64,000 bases of DNA from Longimicrobiales bacterium (GTDB lineage Bacteria > Gemmatimonadota > Gemmatimonadetes > Longimicrobiales > Gaopeijiaceae). The notes under the pieces are model-generated. The model had not been told where the DNA came from and did not search any database. It saw nothing but the letters and a program-made list of their open reading frames with translations. Both the position numbers and the translations under genes were made by a program. Location of the stretch: the NCBI GenBank assembly GCA_041690395.1, contig JAWLHJ010000001.1:288001-352000 (forward strand), written 5' to 3'. Positions 1-9,546 of the stretch are shown here, in pieces (position 1 is the first letter of the stretch; the number at the start of each line of letters is the position of its first letter).

Positions 1-478
1 GGGGCTCGAGCTTCTGATAGGCCGTGAGCACACCTTCCCGCAGCTCCTTCCGGAGCACCCTCAGGGCATTCACGTCGGCGCGGCTCGTCTTCGTTTCCTT
101 CTTGGCCTCGGCGATGTGGTACGGCCGGATCTCGAAGGGGGTGACGCCCACGTCGTCGTAGCGCTCGTGGTCCATGTAGTGGACGGAGATGCTCACGTCG
201 CCGCGCGCGTGGTGGTGATGGATGTCCCCGACGGCCTGGAAGCGCGAGGCGAGGCGGCCGAGCTCGGTGCGCTGCGCCGCCTTCGTGTAGGCCCGCTCGA
301 TGGCTCCGAACACACGCTTCATGCGTTCCGTCGTCGTCGCGTCGACGTCGGGGATGTCGGTATCGAGCTCGCGACCGAGCGCCTGGCGGTCCACGCTGTA
401 GCGGGCGCTCTCGGCGTCGCGGTTCCGAGAACGGTCGATGTTGTCGAGAATCCGGTCCGGATTGGTTCGATAGCTCAT
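1..478 (-). CDS. hypothetical protein (partial, runs off the window start): MSYRTNPDRILDNIDRSRNRDAE...
   Basis: Open minus-strand frame from ATG at 478 to the window edge, with GC3-rich codons. TATTCT -10-like hexamer lies 5 nt upstream. Absent from the ORF track because it has no stop inside the window. Confidence 0.75.
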   Translation of the reverse strand, partial: MSYRTNPDRILDNIDRSRNRDAESARYSVDRQALGRELDTDIPDVDATTTERMKRVFGAIERAYTKAAQRTELGRLASRFQAVGDIHHHHARGDVSISVHYMDHERYDDVGVTPFEIRPYHIAEAKKETKTSRADVNALRVLRKELREGVLTAYQKLEP

Positions 479-611
479 GTCTCAGAATACACGGTCGCCA
501 TTCCCCGGCCAAGGGTGACGACGGGTTTCTCTTGCGGCCCGGACGGTCCGGTTGTTCTTTCCTGGGCTCGCGCGCCCGTCCCCCCACGCACCCCTGTGCT
601 GGAGAGCTTGC

Positions 612-2483
612 TTGAGTCCCGCCCGAGGTAGGATCGCCGGATTGGTCGTGGCCGTCACATCGGTGGCCGCCGGCCTCTTCCACATGTATTCCGCCGGAGT
701 GTCGCCGTTCACCGCGCTCGTCCAGCGGCCGGTCCACCTCGCGCTGATGGCCACGCTTGGTTTCCTCGGCGTGGGCGTTCAGAAGGTGGCGCGCGCGGAC
801 GGTTCCGAGTCCGTGTTCACGCGGCTGAGCGGGGCACTGGGTTGGCTGTTGGCCGCGCTCACCGTGGCGTCGTGCGCGTATCTGGCGCTGGAGAACCAGC
901 AGCTCGTCGCGCGCTCCGGCAACCCGACCACGCTCGACCTCGTGTGGGGAGGCCTGGCGATCGTGCTGGTCCTCGAGCTGGCCCGGCGCGCAACGGGATG
1001 GGGGCTGGTCACCATCTGCCTGTTGGCGCTGGCCTACGGCCTTTCGGGACCGTACCTGCCGGGCATTCTCGCTCACCGTGGATATCCGGTGACCCGGCTC
1101 ATCGAGCACATCTACCTCTCCACCGAGGGGATCTGGGGTGTTCCCCTCGGCGTTTCGGCCGACTTCGTCTACCTCTTCGTGTTGTTCGGCGCCGTGCTCG
1201 ACGTAGCCGGCGGGGGCGCCCTGCTCATCGCCCTGGCCAACAAGGTCGCCGGGCGCACCCGGGGCGGACCCGCCAAGACCGCGGCGGTGGCGAGCGCCCT
1301 CATGGGGTCGCTGTCGGGGAGCGCCGTCGCCAACGTGGTGACCACGGGCACCTTCACGATCCCCCTCATGAAGCGGGCCGGCTTCCGGCCGTTCTTCGCG
1401 GCGGCCATCGAGTCGGCGGCCAGCACCGGCGGGCAGCTCATGCCGCCCGTCATGGGCGCGGGCGCGTTCATTCTGGCGACGTGGACGAACATCGCGTACC
1501 TCGACGTGGCGCTCGCGGCGACGATCCCCGCGCTGCTCTACTACGTGGCGCTGCTCGCGGCCATCCACTTCCGCGCCGGGCGCATGGGCATCGAGGGGGA
1601 CAAGGAGCTCAACACGGAGCCCGTGATGAACCGGCTCCACCTGCTGCTTCCGCTCGCGATCATCGTCCTGCTGCTGGGCATGGGTCGCTCGCCGATGCGC
1701 GCGGCCTTCTGGGGCGTGGCGTCGGCGTTCATCATGGCGCTGCTGCGACCCGAGACCCGCCCGTCGCGTACACAGATGGTCGAGATCATGGAGCGGGCCG
1801 GCACCGGCGCCGTCCAGGTCGCGGCGGCCTGCGCCGCGGCCGGTATCGTGGTCGGCGTCGCCTCGCTCACCGGCATCGGGCTTCGCATGTCGGAGCTGAT
1901 CATCACCCTCTCGGGCGGGAACCTCCTGCCGGCGCTCGTGCTCACCGCCCTCGGATCGATCGTCCTGGGCATGGGGCTGCCGACCACCGCAGCGTACGTG
2001 GTGCTCGCGGCGCTCGGCGCACCCGCGCTGGTGCAACTCGGCGTGCCGCTGCTGGCGGCCCACATGTTCATCTTCTACTTCGGGTGTATCTCGAACGTCA
2101 CGCCGCCGGTGTCGCTGGCGGCCTTCGCGGGCGCCGGCATCGCGGGCGCGCCACCCATGCGAACGGCCGTCGCGGCGGCCATGCTCGCGGGCGCGGGCTT
2201 CCTCGTTCCGTTCATGTTCGTCTACGGGCCCGAGCTGCTTCTCATCGGCGAGCCGCTCGCCATCGCGAGCGCGGCGATCACCGGCTCCATCGGGGTGATC
2301 TCCCTCGCGGCGGGGGCCATGGGATACGCCCGCCGCCGTCTCGCCGGCTGGGAGCGCGCGATCGCGATCGCCGCGGCCCTAGTGCTCGTGTATCCGGGCT
2401 GGACGAGCGATGTGATAGGTTTGGTGCTGGTGACGTACATCTTCATGAAGTCCGAACAAGTGGTCCCTGCGGAGGCGATATGA
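612..2483 (+). CDS. TRAP transporter fused permease (4TM/12TM, DctM-like)
   Basis: Highly hydrophobic. Motifs GGPAKTAAVAS, SGSAVANVVTTG, STGGQLMPPVMGAGAF, LGMGLPTTAAY and TPPV. GGAG RBS precedes TTG at 612 (start uncertain; track gives 552). Confidence 0.92.
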   Translation: MSPARGRIAGLVVAVTSVAAGLFHMYSAGVSPFTALVQRPVHLALMATLGFLGVGVQKVARADGSESVFTRLSGALGWLLAALTVASCAYLALENQQLVARSGNPTTLDLVWGGLAIVLVLELARRATGWGLVTICLLALAYGLSGPYLPGILAHRGYPVTRLIEHIYLSTEGIWGVPLGVSADFVYLFVLFGAVLDVAGGGALLIALANKVAGRTRGGPAKTAAVASALMGSLSGSAVANVVTTGTFTIPLMKRAGFRPFFAAAIESAASTGGQLMPPVMGAGAFILATWTNIAYLDVALAATIPALLYYVALLAAIHFRAGRMGIEGDKELNTEPVMNRLHLLLPLAIIVLLLGMGRSPMRAAFWGVASAFIMALLRPETRPSRTQMVEIMERAGTGAVQVAAACAAAGIVVGVASLTGIGLRMSELIITLSGGNLLPALVLTALGSIVLGMGLPTTAAYVVLAALGAPALVQLGVPLLAAHMFIFYFGCISNVTPPVSLAAFAGAGIAGAPPMRTAVAAAMLAGAGFLVPFMFVYGPELLLIGEPLAIASAAITGSIGVISLAAGAMGYARRRLAGWERAIAIAAALVLVYPGWTSDVIGLVLVTYIFMKSEQVVPAEAI

Positions 2484-3418
2484 GGTTCGTGGCGATGAGA
2501 TGGGCTGCCCTTCTTGCCCTGGTTGTGATGGCGGCGTGCGACAGCGAGGGACGACAGCAGTTCCTGTCGCTGGGCACGGCCGGAACCGGCGGCGTCTACT
2601 ACCCGCTCGGCGGCGCGATCGCGAGCCGGCTTTCGGTCGCGGACTCGGCGCGGCAGTACACGGCCGAGGTCAGCGGCGGCTCCGAGGAGAACATCAATCG
2701 TCTCGCCCAGGGTCAGATGGACCTGGCGATGGCGATCGGCATGACCGCCTACCAGGCCTACAACGGCCAGGGGAGCTTCGGCCAGCAGGTGACCGGGCTG
2801 CGCACCGTTGCGCCGCTCTATCCGAACGTGACCCATATCCTGGTGCGGGGCGACCTTCCCGTGACCAGCGTCGCTGATTTCCGTGGCCGCACCATCTCGG
2901 TCGGCGCGGCCGGGAGCGGAACCGAGGCCCTGTCCCAGCACGTCCTCGCGGCCTACGGCCTGACCTACGACGACATCACGCCTCGCTATCTCTCGTTCGC
3001 AGAGTCGTCCTCGGCGCTGCAGGACGGGGCCATCGACGGCGCGATCATCTCCGTCGGATATCCGGCTGCCGCCGTCCTCGAGGCGACGACCACGTCGAAC
3101 ATCCGGCTGCTGGGCATCGAGAACGACGTCATGGAGGCGATGCTCGAGGAGCATCCCTACTACACGCGGGGGGAGATCCCGGGCGGAGCCTACCGGGGAC
3201 TGGAGGAGACGATCGAGACGGTCGCGGTCATGAACTGGATCGTGGCGATGGAGTCGTTGGACGGCGCAGTGGTGGAAATGGTTCTCAACGTTATGGAGAA
3301 CGACCGTGTCGCCTTAGAGGAAGTACACGACATGGCGAGGCAGATCGACCTGAACCTGATGGCTCGGCCTCCGATTCCGCTCCACCCTGCCGCAGAGGCG
3401 TGGTTCTCCAACCGATGA
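2480..3418 (+). CDS. TAXI-family TRAP solute-binding lipoprotein
   Basis: ATGA overlap with the permease stop; GGAGG RBS; lipobox MAAC; TAXI motifs GTAGTGGVYYPLG, SGGSEEN, GAAGSGTE and PLHPAA. Confidence 0.93.
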   Translation: MRFVAMRWAALLALVVMAACDSEGRQQFLSLGTAGTGGVYYPLGGAIASRLSVADSARQYTAEVSGGSEENINRLAQGQMDLAMAIGMTAYQAYNGQGSFGQQVTGLRTVAPLYPNVTHILVRGDLPVTSVADFRGRTISVGAAGSGTEALSQHVLAAYGLTYDDITPRYLSFAESSSALQDGAIDGAIISVGYPAAAVLEATTTSNIRLLGIENDVMEAMLEEHPYYTRGEIPGGAYRGLEETIETVAVMNWIVAMESLDGAVVEMVLNVMENDRVALEEVHDMARQIDLNLMARPPIPLHPAAEAWFSNR

Positions 3419-3454
3419 GGTAGGGGGCCGGTCGGCTCGGCCAGTGAGCAAAAA

Positions 3455-6259
3455 ATGAAGTCTTTGAACATCTTCGCGCGGCGGGCAGCCTTTGGGGTGC
3501 TCGCCGCTCTGATTCTCCCGGTGAGCCCGCTCGGGGTCGCCGCCCAGGACAGCGACCAGGAGTCCGCGCTCGCGCCCACCGACGTCTCCCTGGAGTCGTC
3601 GCGGTCGGCTGTGAGGCATCCGTCGCCGCGATCGGCCGCCGACGCGCTGGACGCGTTCGCGCCGATTCCGGACGACATGCGACTCGACGGCATTCTGGAC
3701 GAGCCGATCTGGGAGACCGCCCGGGTCTTCACCGGATTCACCCAGGAGCAGCCGGTCGAGGGAGTTCCGGCCGAGCACGACACCGAGGTCAGGGTCGTCT
3801 TCGGTGACGGGGCGGTCTGGGTTGCCGCCCGGCTCTGGGATCCGGAGCCGGAGCGGATCGTGGCGCGGCTCGACCGACGCGACTCCCGCGGCCAGTCGGA
3901 CAGCTTCAGCATGCATCTCGACCCCAACCTGGATGGGCTAACGGGATACATGTTCGGGTTGAGCGCCGCGAACGTGCAGCGCGACATGTACATGTATGGC
4001 GACGACCAGCTCGACGGCGCCTGGGATGCCGTCTGGTCGTCGGCGGTGAACATCGACGAGCACGGGTGGACGCTGGAGATGCGGATTCCGCTCTCCCAGA
4101 TCCGCTACGAGGCCTCGGACGAGCCGCAGACCTGGGGCATCAACTTCTTCCGCGAGCGGACGTCGTCCGCCGAGCGGAGCTACTACTCCCTGGTGTCTCG
4201 GCTTCGGCGTGGGCGGGTGAGCCAGATGGGGCGGATGGAGGGTGTTCGCGTCACCCGACCGTCCAGGCGCTTCGAGGTGCTTCCCTATGTCGTGACCAGC
4301 CACCACCGCGGCCCTGCCGATCCGGGGAACCCGTTCTTCTCCGGAACCACCACGTCCGGCCGCGTCGGTATGGATCTGAGCTACGGTCTCGGCGCCGCCT
4401 TCACCCTGGACGCGACGATCAATCCCGACTTCGGGCAGGTCGAAGCGGATCCGGCCGTGATCAACCTCTCCGCGTTCGAGACCTTCTACGATGAGCAGCG
4501 CCCGTTCTTCGTGGAAGACGCCCGCATCTTCGACTTCGGGCTGTCGGGTGGGCGCAACCAGCTCTTCTACAGCCGCCGCGTGGGGCGCGCGCCGAGTGGA
4601 AGCATCCCGGGTGACCCGCTCTTCACCGATGTCCCGGCGAACACCTCCATCCTGGGCGCCGCCAAGCTCGCGGGACGGACGTCCGGCGGACTCTCCGTGG
4701 GTGTGCTCGGTGCCGTGACCGGGTCCGAGGGCGGCCGGTCCGCGCTCGGAGACGGCACGACGGAAGAGTTCCTCGTCGAGCCGCGCGCCCAGTACGGGGT
4801 CGTGAGCCTCGCACAGGACTTCAACGGCGGCACGACGCAGGTCCGTGGGATGGGCACGGCGATGAGCAGGGAGCTTCCCGGGGACGGGTCGTTCGACTGG
4901 CTTCCGTCGAGCGCCTTCAACGGTGGGCTGCGCTTCGAGCACCAGTGGAGCGATCGCGCATGGGCGCTCTGGGGGTTCCTCGCCGGTAGCCACGTTCGGG
5001 GGGACGAGGAGGCCATCACGCGCGTCCAGCGGGCCAGCAACCACTACTTCCAGCGGCCCGATGCCACCCGGTTCGACCTCGATCCGACCGCACGGTCCAT
5101 CTCGGGCGCTGAGTGGCGTCTCCAGCTGGAGCGACGGTCGGGAGATTGGACGGGCGCGGTGTGGGCGGCCGAGGTCACCAAGGGCTTCGAGATCAACGAT
5201 GCAGGCTTCTCAGGGACCGCCGAGCGCATCGACGGTGGCTTCCGCATCGGGTACCGCGAGATCCAGCCCGGCAGCCTGTTCCGTAACTACAACGTCAACT
5301 TCAGCAACTACCACAACTGGAGCCACGAGGGGTTCGACGACACATGGTCGCTCGACTCCTGGAAGCGCGCCCGTACGGGCGGATCGTTCAACCTGCACGC
5401 GAACGGCGAGCTCCTGAACTACTGGAGCCTGCGGGGCAACGCGTCGTACAGCCCCGAACAGATGAGCCGCTCGCGCACGCGCGGCGGCCCGATGATGATC
5501 GTGCCGGCGTCGACGAGCTTCAGCGTGAATCTCGACAGCGATCAGCGGAAGCGGGTCAGCATCGGGACCAACCTCCAGGTCGGTGACGAGCTTCGGGGTG
5601 GCGGCGGCCGCTACGAGATCCGGGGCAACCTCCGGGTGCGGCCGTCGGACAACGTGGAGCTGTCCTTCAATCCGGGGTTCGAGAGCTCGCGGTCGAGCGA
5701 TCAATACGTGACCACGGCGGCGCTGGGCGACTTCTCCCCCACCTACGGCGACCGGTACCTCTTCGCCGACCTGGAGAGGCGCACATTTTCCATGGAATGG
5801 CGCATGAACTGGACGTTCGCGCCGGACCTGTCGCTCCAGGTGTTCGCCCAGCCCCTCCTGTCGTCCGGCGACTACGTCGGCTACAAGCAGCTCGAGCGGG
5901 CGGAGTCGTTCGACTTCGTCGACCTCGTGCCGGGGGCCGCGGAAGACCAGGGTGGCCAGGTGGTGTGCGCATCGTCGATCTGTCGCTCGGGCGATACCCA
6001 GTACGTGGACTTCGATGACGACGGCATCCCCGACCACTCGTTCACGGATCGGGACTTCAACTTCCGCTCCCTCCTCGGCAACGCCGTGCTCCGCTGGGAG
6101 TACCGGCCGGGTTCGACGTTGTTCTTCGTGTGGCAGCGGCAGCAGTCGCAACGAGTGGCGCTCGGCGATTTCGATCTCGCTCGAGACACCGACGCGCTCT
6201 TCGGGCTTCGCGCCGACAACCGCTTCATCGTGAAGATGAACTACTGGCTGGGTCTGTAG
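3455..6259 (+). CDS. DUF5916 / CBM9-like domain outer-membrane protein
   Basis: Signal peptide; LDGxLDE..W CBM9-like N-terminus; EMRIPLSQIRY, WGINF and NPDFGQVEAD...E.RPFF.E motifs; beta-barrel-like C-terminus LRWEYRPGSTLFFVW. Confidence 0.85.
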   Translation: MKSLNIFARRAAFGVLAALILPVSPLGVAAQDSDQESALAPTDVSLESSRSAVRHPSPRSAADALDAFAPIPDDMRLDGILDEPIWETARVFTGFTQEQPVEGVPAEHDTEVRVVFGDGAVWVAARLWDPEPERIVARLDRRDSRGQSDSFSMHLDPNLDGLTGYMFGLSAANVQRDMYMYGDDQLDGAWDAVWSSAVNIDEHGWTLEMRIPLSQIRYEASDEPQTWGINFFRERTSSAERSYYSLVSRLRRGRVSQMGRMEGVRVTRPSRRFEVLPYVVTSHHRGPADPGNPFFSGTTTSGRVGMDLSYGLGAAFTLDATINPDFGQVEADPAVINLSAFETFYDEQRPFFVEDARIFDFGLSGGRNQLFYSRRVGRAPSGSIPGDPLFTDVPANTSILGAAKLAGRTSGGLSVGVLGAVTGSEGGRSALGDGTTEEFLVEPRAQYGVVSLAQDFNGGTTQVRGMGTAMSRELPGDGSFDWLPSSAFNGGLRFEHQWSDRAWALWGFLAGSHVRGDEEAITRVQRASNHYFQRPDATRFDLDPTARSISGAEWRLQLERRSGDWTGAVWAAEVTKGFEINDAGFSGTAERIDGGFRIGYREIQPGSLFRNYNVNFSNYHNWSHEGFDDTWSLDSWKRARTGGSFNLHANGELLNYWSLRGNASYSPEQMSRSRTRGGPMMIVPASTSFSVNLDSDQRKRVSIGTNLQVGDELRGGGGRYEIRGNLRVRPSDNVELSFNPGFESSRSSDQYVTTAALGDFSPTYGDRYLFADLERRTFSMEWRMNWTFAPDLSLQVFAQPLLSSGDYVGYKQLERAESFDFVDLVPGAAEDQGGQVVCASSICRSGDTQYVDFDDDGIPDHSFTDRDFNFRSLLGNAVLRWEYRPGSTLFFVWQRQQSQRVALGDFDLARDTDALFGLRADNRFIVKMNYWLGL

Positions 6260-6280
6260 CGACCTGGTCGGCGGCGGTCT

Positions 6281-8620
6281 TCACGGCCTCCACGCGTAGC
6301 CGAGCTTCAGAAAGAACGTTCGTCCGCGCGGCGTGAGCCCGACGCGGGCCCCGAGGTGCTCCTCGAAGGACAGCCGGTCGTCCGACACGCCCAGGAACAC
6401 GACCGTCAGCGGGTTCACCTTGTAGCTGAACAGCGCCTGGGTGGCGAGGCTCTCCTCGATGGTGCGGTCCAGCTCCGGGTTCGTCGCGGGGTTCCGGTCG
6501 GTCCGACGGTACTGCACCGTGGTCCGGACGAACGCGCGCGGGCTGAAGTTGTAGGCGGCCTGCAGCTGGCCCGCGTTCTCGGTCAGGATCCGCTCTCCGT
6601 CGACCGTCAGCCGCTGGATGCCGTGGCTGGCCTGCAGCTCGACGTTCCGCCCCAGGCGCAGCTCCAGGTTCGGGTTGAGCCGCACGGAGCGCGCCGCCCG
6701 GCCGTTCCGGAAGTCGATCGCGTCGCCGAAGGTCCCGTTCATCGCGAGGCGGAGGTCGGGCGTCGGACGGAAGCCCAGGCCGATGTTGAGGCCCTCGATG
6801 TCGTAGCTGCGGCCGTCGAAGTACTCCCGGCTGGTCCAGGGATTGAGCCAGCCGTTGCTCTGTAATGGCCCTTCGAAGTCGATCTGCGCCCAGACTCCCT
6901 CCCCGATGAGCCGGTCCGAGAGAGTACGGTCCCGCCAGAATCCGGTGCGCGCGGACACGCGGGGGAAGAGGGCGTCCGACCCGCCCCAGAAGGTGCGCGC
7001 CACGTTGGCCCAGACGGAGCGCGTGTCGACCTGGGGCACGAATCCGGCGTCCGCGCGGAAGCCGGCTTCGCGCACGTTCAGCCCGGCGAAGGCGCCCCAA
7101 TCGCCCGTGTTCCAGCTTGCATCCGCCATGTACGCGGTGCCGCCGAACGGAGCCTCGGGGAGGTCGGCCTCGGTGGACAGGGCGCTTCCATACCGGGTCC
7201 GGCTCGCGAGCACCTGCAGGTTCACGCCCAACGTGGGGTGCGGCCGGACGTAGGCGTCGACGCCACCCAGCCACCCCCGGTATCCGTCGGTTCCCTCGCG
7301 AGCCGTGACCACCGTCCCGACCGTCGCTCCGTCGCCGACGTCCCGGCGGTAACGGAGTACGGAGGCCGTGACTTCCTCGTCGCGGCTGATCCGCCGGGAA
7401 CCGAGATCGCCCGGAACCAAGAGGTTGTTCACCCGGTCGCGCGCGACGAGGACACCGATGCCGTGTGGTCCCGACTTGCCGCTGAACTTGGCGCCTCCGA
7501 CCGGGTCGCTCACCGAGCGGGTGAAGACGGCACGAATGGGCGTGGAGAACAGGTCGGCGCCCTCCAGAAAGAAGGGACGCTTCTCGGGAAAGAAGAGCGC
7601 GAACCGGCTGTTCGCGGACAGCTGCGGAGCGTCGGCCTCGATCTGGGAGAAGTCCGGGTTGAGCGTGGCGTTGAGCGTCAGGTCGGTCGTCAGGCTCCAA
7701 CGCGCGTCGATACCCGCCTCCCATGCGACTTCGCCGGCCGTCATCGGGCTCGCGAGGCCGTCCGGTCGGGCGTCCACGCGCGACGCGGTCAGCGTCGGCA
7801 CGATCTCCGCATTGCGCCCGGGGTCCATCCCCTGAAACCCGGCGAGCGCGTGAGCCTGACAGAGCTGGCACGACTCGTCCCGGAGCCGGGTGTTCGAGCG
7901 CATGGTCACCGTCTGGTCGCGGGGGCGCATGCGGTTGATCCAGAAGCGCCACGTCTGTGGGTCGCTCGAGCTCGGGAAGCGGAGGGAGCCGAACGGGATG
8001 GCCGCCTCGATACTGTACCCGTCGTCCGTGATCCGACCCGCCGAGCTCCAGATGGCGTCCCACGAGGTGTCGAAGGCGCTGGTGCGCTCGTCGTAGGTGA
8101 GGTCGGCCTGGACACCGAGGGCGCTGACCTCGAAGACCCACCCCCGTCTCAGGTCATCGAACGGATCCACCAGGAACGAGATGCGGTCGTGGTTGCCCAG
8201 AATACGGTCGCGGTCCGTGATGTAGGCGCGGATCGACGACGGGTCGGGGTCGAACGCCGCGCATCCGAGGTACAGGTGGCTGTCGTCGAAGGTGACGCGG
8301 CAGTCGGTGCGGTAGCGCGAGGGGGTGTTGTCGCCCGGGTTGATCTCGAACGGCAGGGGAATGGACACGGCCTCGGTCCACGCGGCCTCGTCCAGAACGC
8401 CGTCGATCCGGATTGGCGAGCGGGCTACCGAGACCGGGAAGACCGCGGGGCTCGTCGGCGCTCCCGGAATCGGCGCCGGGTCGGACCCCCCGTCTCCCCC
8501 CACGATCTGCCCCTCCACCCCCGACAGGGGGCCCATCAAGGCCCCGCACGCCATCGCTAACACCCATGGCCACCCGTTCGCACCACCGACCCGGCCACCC
8601 ATCCCGACCTCCCCGTCCAT
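6281..8620 (-). CDS. DUF5916 / CBM9-like domain outer-membrane protein
   Basis: Signal peptide; IDGVLDEAAW, IEAAIPFGSLRF and NPDFSQIEAD...PEKRPFFLEG motifs; C-terminal FFLKLGYAW strand. Confidence 0.85.
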   Translation of the reverse strand: MDGEVGMGGRVGGANGWPWVLAMACGALMGPLSGVEGQIVGGDGGSDPAPIPGAPTSPAVFPVSVARSPIRIDGVLDEAAWTEAVSIPLPFEINPGDNTPSRYRTDCRVTFDDSHLYLGCAAFDPDPSSIRAYITDRDRILGNHDRISFLVDPFDDLRRGWVFEVSALGVQADLTYDERTSAFDTSWDAIWSSAGRITDDGYSIEAAIPFGSLRFPSSSDPQTWRFWINRMRPRDQTVTMRSNTRLRDESCQLCQAHALAGFQGMDPGRNAEIVPTLTASRVDARPDGLASPMTAGEVAWEAGIDARWSLTTDLTLNATLNPDFSQIEADAPQLSANSRFALFFPEKRPFFLEGADLFSTPIRAVFTRSVSDPVGGAKFSGKSGPHGIGVLVARDRVNNLLVPGDLGSRRISRDEEVTASVLRYRRDVGDGATVGTVVTAREGTDGYRGWLGGVDAYVRPHPTLGVNLQVLASRTRYGSALSTEADLPEAPFGGTAYMADASWNTGDWGAFAGLNVREAGFRADAGFVPQVDTRSVWANVARTFWGGSDALFPRVSARTGFWRDRTLSDRLIGEGVWAQIDFEGPLQSNGWLNPWTSREYFDGRSYDIEGLNIGLGFRPTPDLRLAMNGTFGDAIDFRNGRAARSVRLNPNLELRLGRNVELQASHGIQRLTVDGERILTENAGQLQAAYNFSPRAFVRTTVQYRRTDRNPATNPELDRTIEESLATQALFSYKVNPLTVVFLGVSDDRLSFEEHLGARVGLTPRGRTFFLKLGYAWRP

Positions 8621-8702
8621 CGTGTCTCACCGTGTAGCCCTCCCCGATGGGAACGGCTCATCGGCAAGCTAGAGAGCGGTGGAGGCCGGGTGGTGGTGTC
8701 GG

Positions 8703-8721
8703 CGTCAGGGCCTTGTCAGGG
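8703..8721 (-). promoter_or_regulatory. putative OmpR-family binding site: GTCAGG direct repeat with 11-bp period, upstream of the DUF5916 gene
   Basis: cGTCAGGgccttGTCAGGg; the same tandem motif occurs at 11209-11226. Confidence 0.5.
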
Positions 8722-8772
8722 CCTCGTGGGGTATGAGGTGTGGTGAGCCGGCAGCGGCGGTGAGATGACCGC

Positions 8773-9546
8773 TCAGTGGCGGAAACGGTATCCCATCTTG
8801 TGGACGGTCAGGATGTGGTCCGGATTCGAGGGCTCGGCCTCGAGCTTCCTCCGCAGCTCGGAGATGTGCGTGTCCACGGTGCGGCTCGCGACGGCGGCGC
8901 GGTGGCCCCAGACCTCGCGCATGAGCGCGACGCGGGACGCCACGGCGCCGTTTCGGGCGATCAGCGCCAGCAGGAGATCGAACTCCTTGGGCGTGAGCGA
9001 CACCTCCTCGCCGTCACGTAGCACCGCGCGTGCGGCAGGTTGGATCTCGACCCTTCCGAAGGTGAGGGTGCGCAGAGGGGCCGCGAATTGGGGCGACGGG
9101 TCCGGGCTGATGCGTGCCGCGACCGGACGCTCGCGTGCCGCGGCCGTCGTCGCCGGAACCCTACGGAGGAGCGCCTCGACCCGGGCGAGGAGCTCGAGCA
9201 CGCCGAACGGCTTGGTCACGTAGTCGTCGGCGCCGATGCGCAGCCCGAGCACCTTGTCGGCTTCTTCGCCCTTGGCCGTCAGGACCAGGACCGGTGTCCG
9301 GGAATCCTCCGCCCGGAAGGTCCGGAGCACCTGGAAGCCGTTCATTCCCGGCAGCATGAGGTCGAGGATCATCAGGTCGGGCTCGAGCGCCCGGGCCGCC
9401 TCGAGGCCCCCCGGACCATCCTCGGCCACATAGACGGTATAGCCCTCGATCTCGAGGTTGTTGCGGAGCCCGTACGCGAGGTCCGCATTGTCCTCGACCA
9501 CCAGAATCGTCCCCACCGGCCCACCTCCCGTTCCCGTCGGCGCCAT
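8773..9546 (-). CDS. OmpR/PhoB-family response regulator
   Basis: Receiver motifs ILVVEDN, LDLMLP, LTAK and GADDYVTKPF; winged helix LTPKEFDLL...VDTHISELRRKLE...TVHKMGYRF. Confidence 0.95.
   Translation of the reverse strand: MAPTGTGGGPVGTILVVEDNADLAYGLRNNLEIEGYTVYVAEDGPGGLEAARALEPDLMILDLMLPGMNGFQVLRTFRAEDSRTPVLVLTAKGEEADKVLGLRIGADDYVTKPFGVLELLARVEALLRRVPATTAAARERPVAARISPDPSPQFAAPLRTLTFGRVEIQPAARAVLRDGEEVSLTPKEFDLLLALIARNGAVASRVALMREVWGHRAAVASRTVDTHISELRRKLEAEPSNPDHILTVHKMGYRFRH

Noticed and set aside
842..2479. Apparent long N-terminal fusion on the TAXI protein (858-aa ORF)
   Set aside because: Alternative frame over the TRAP permease; RBS, ATG and lipobox are at 2480.
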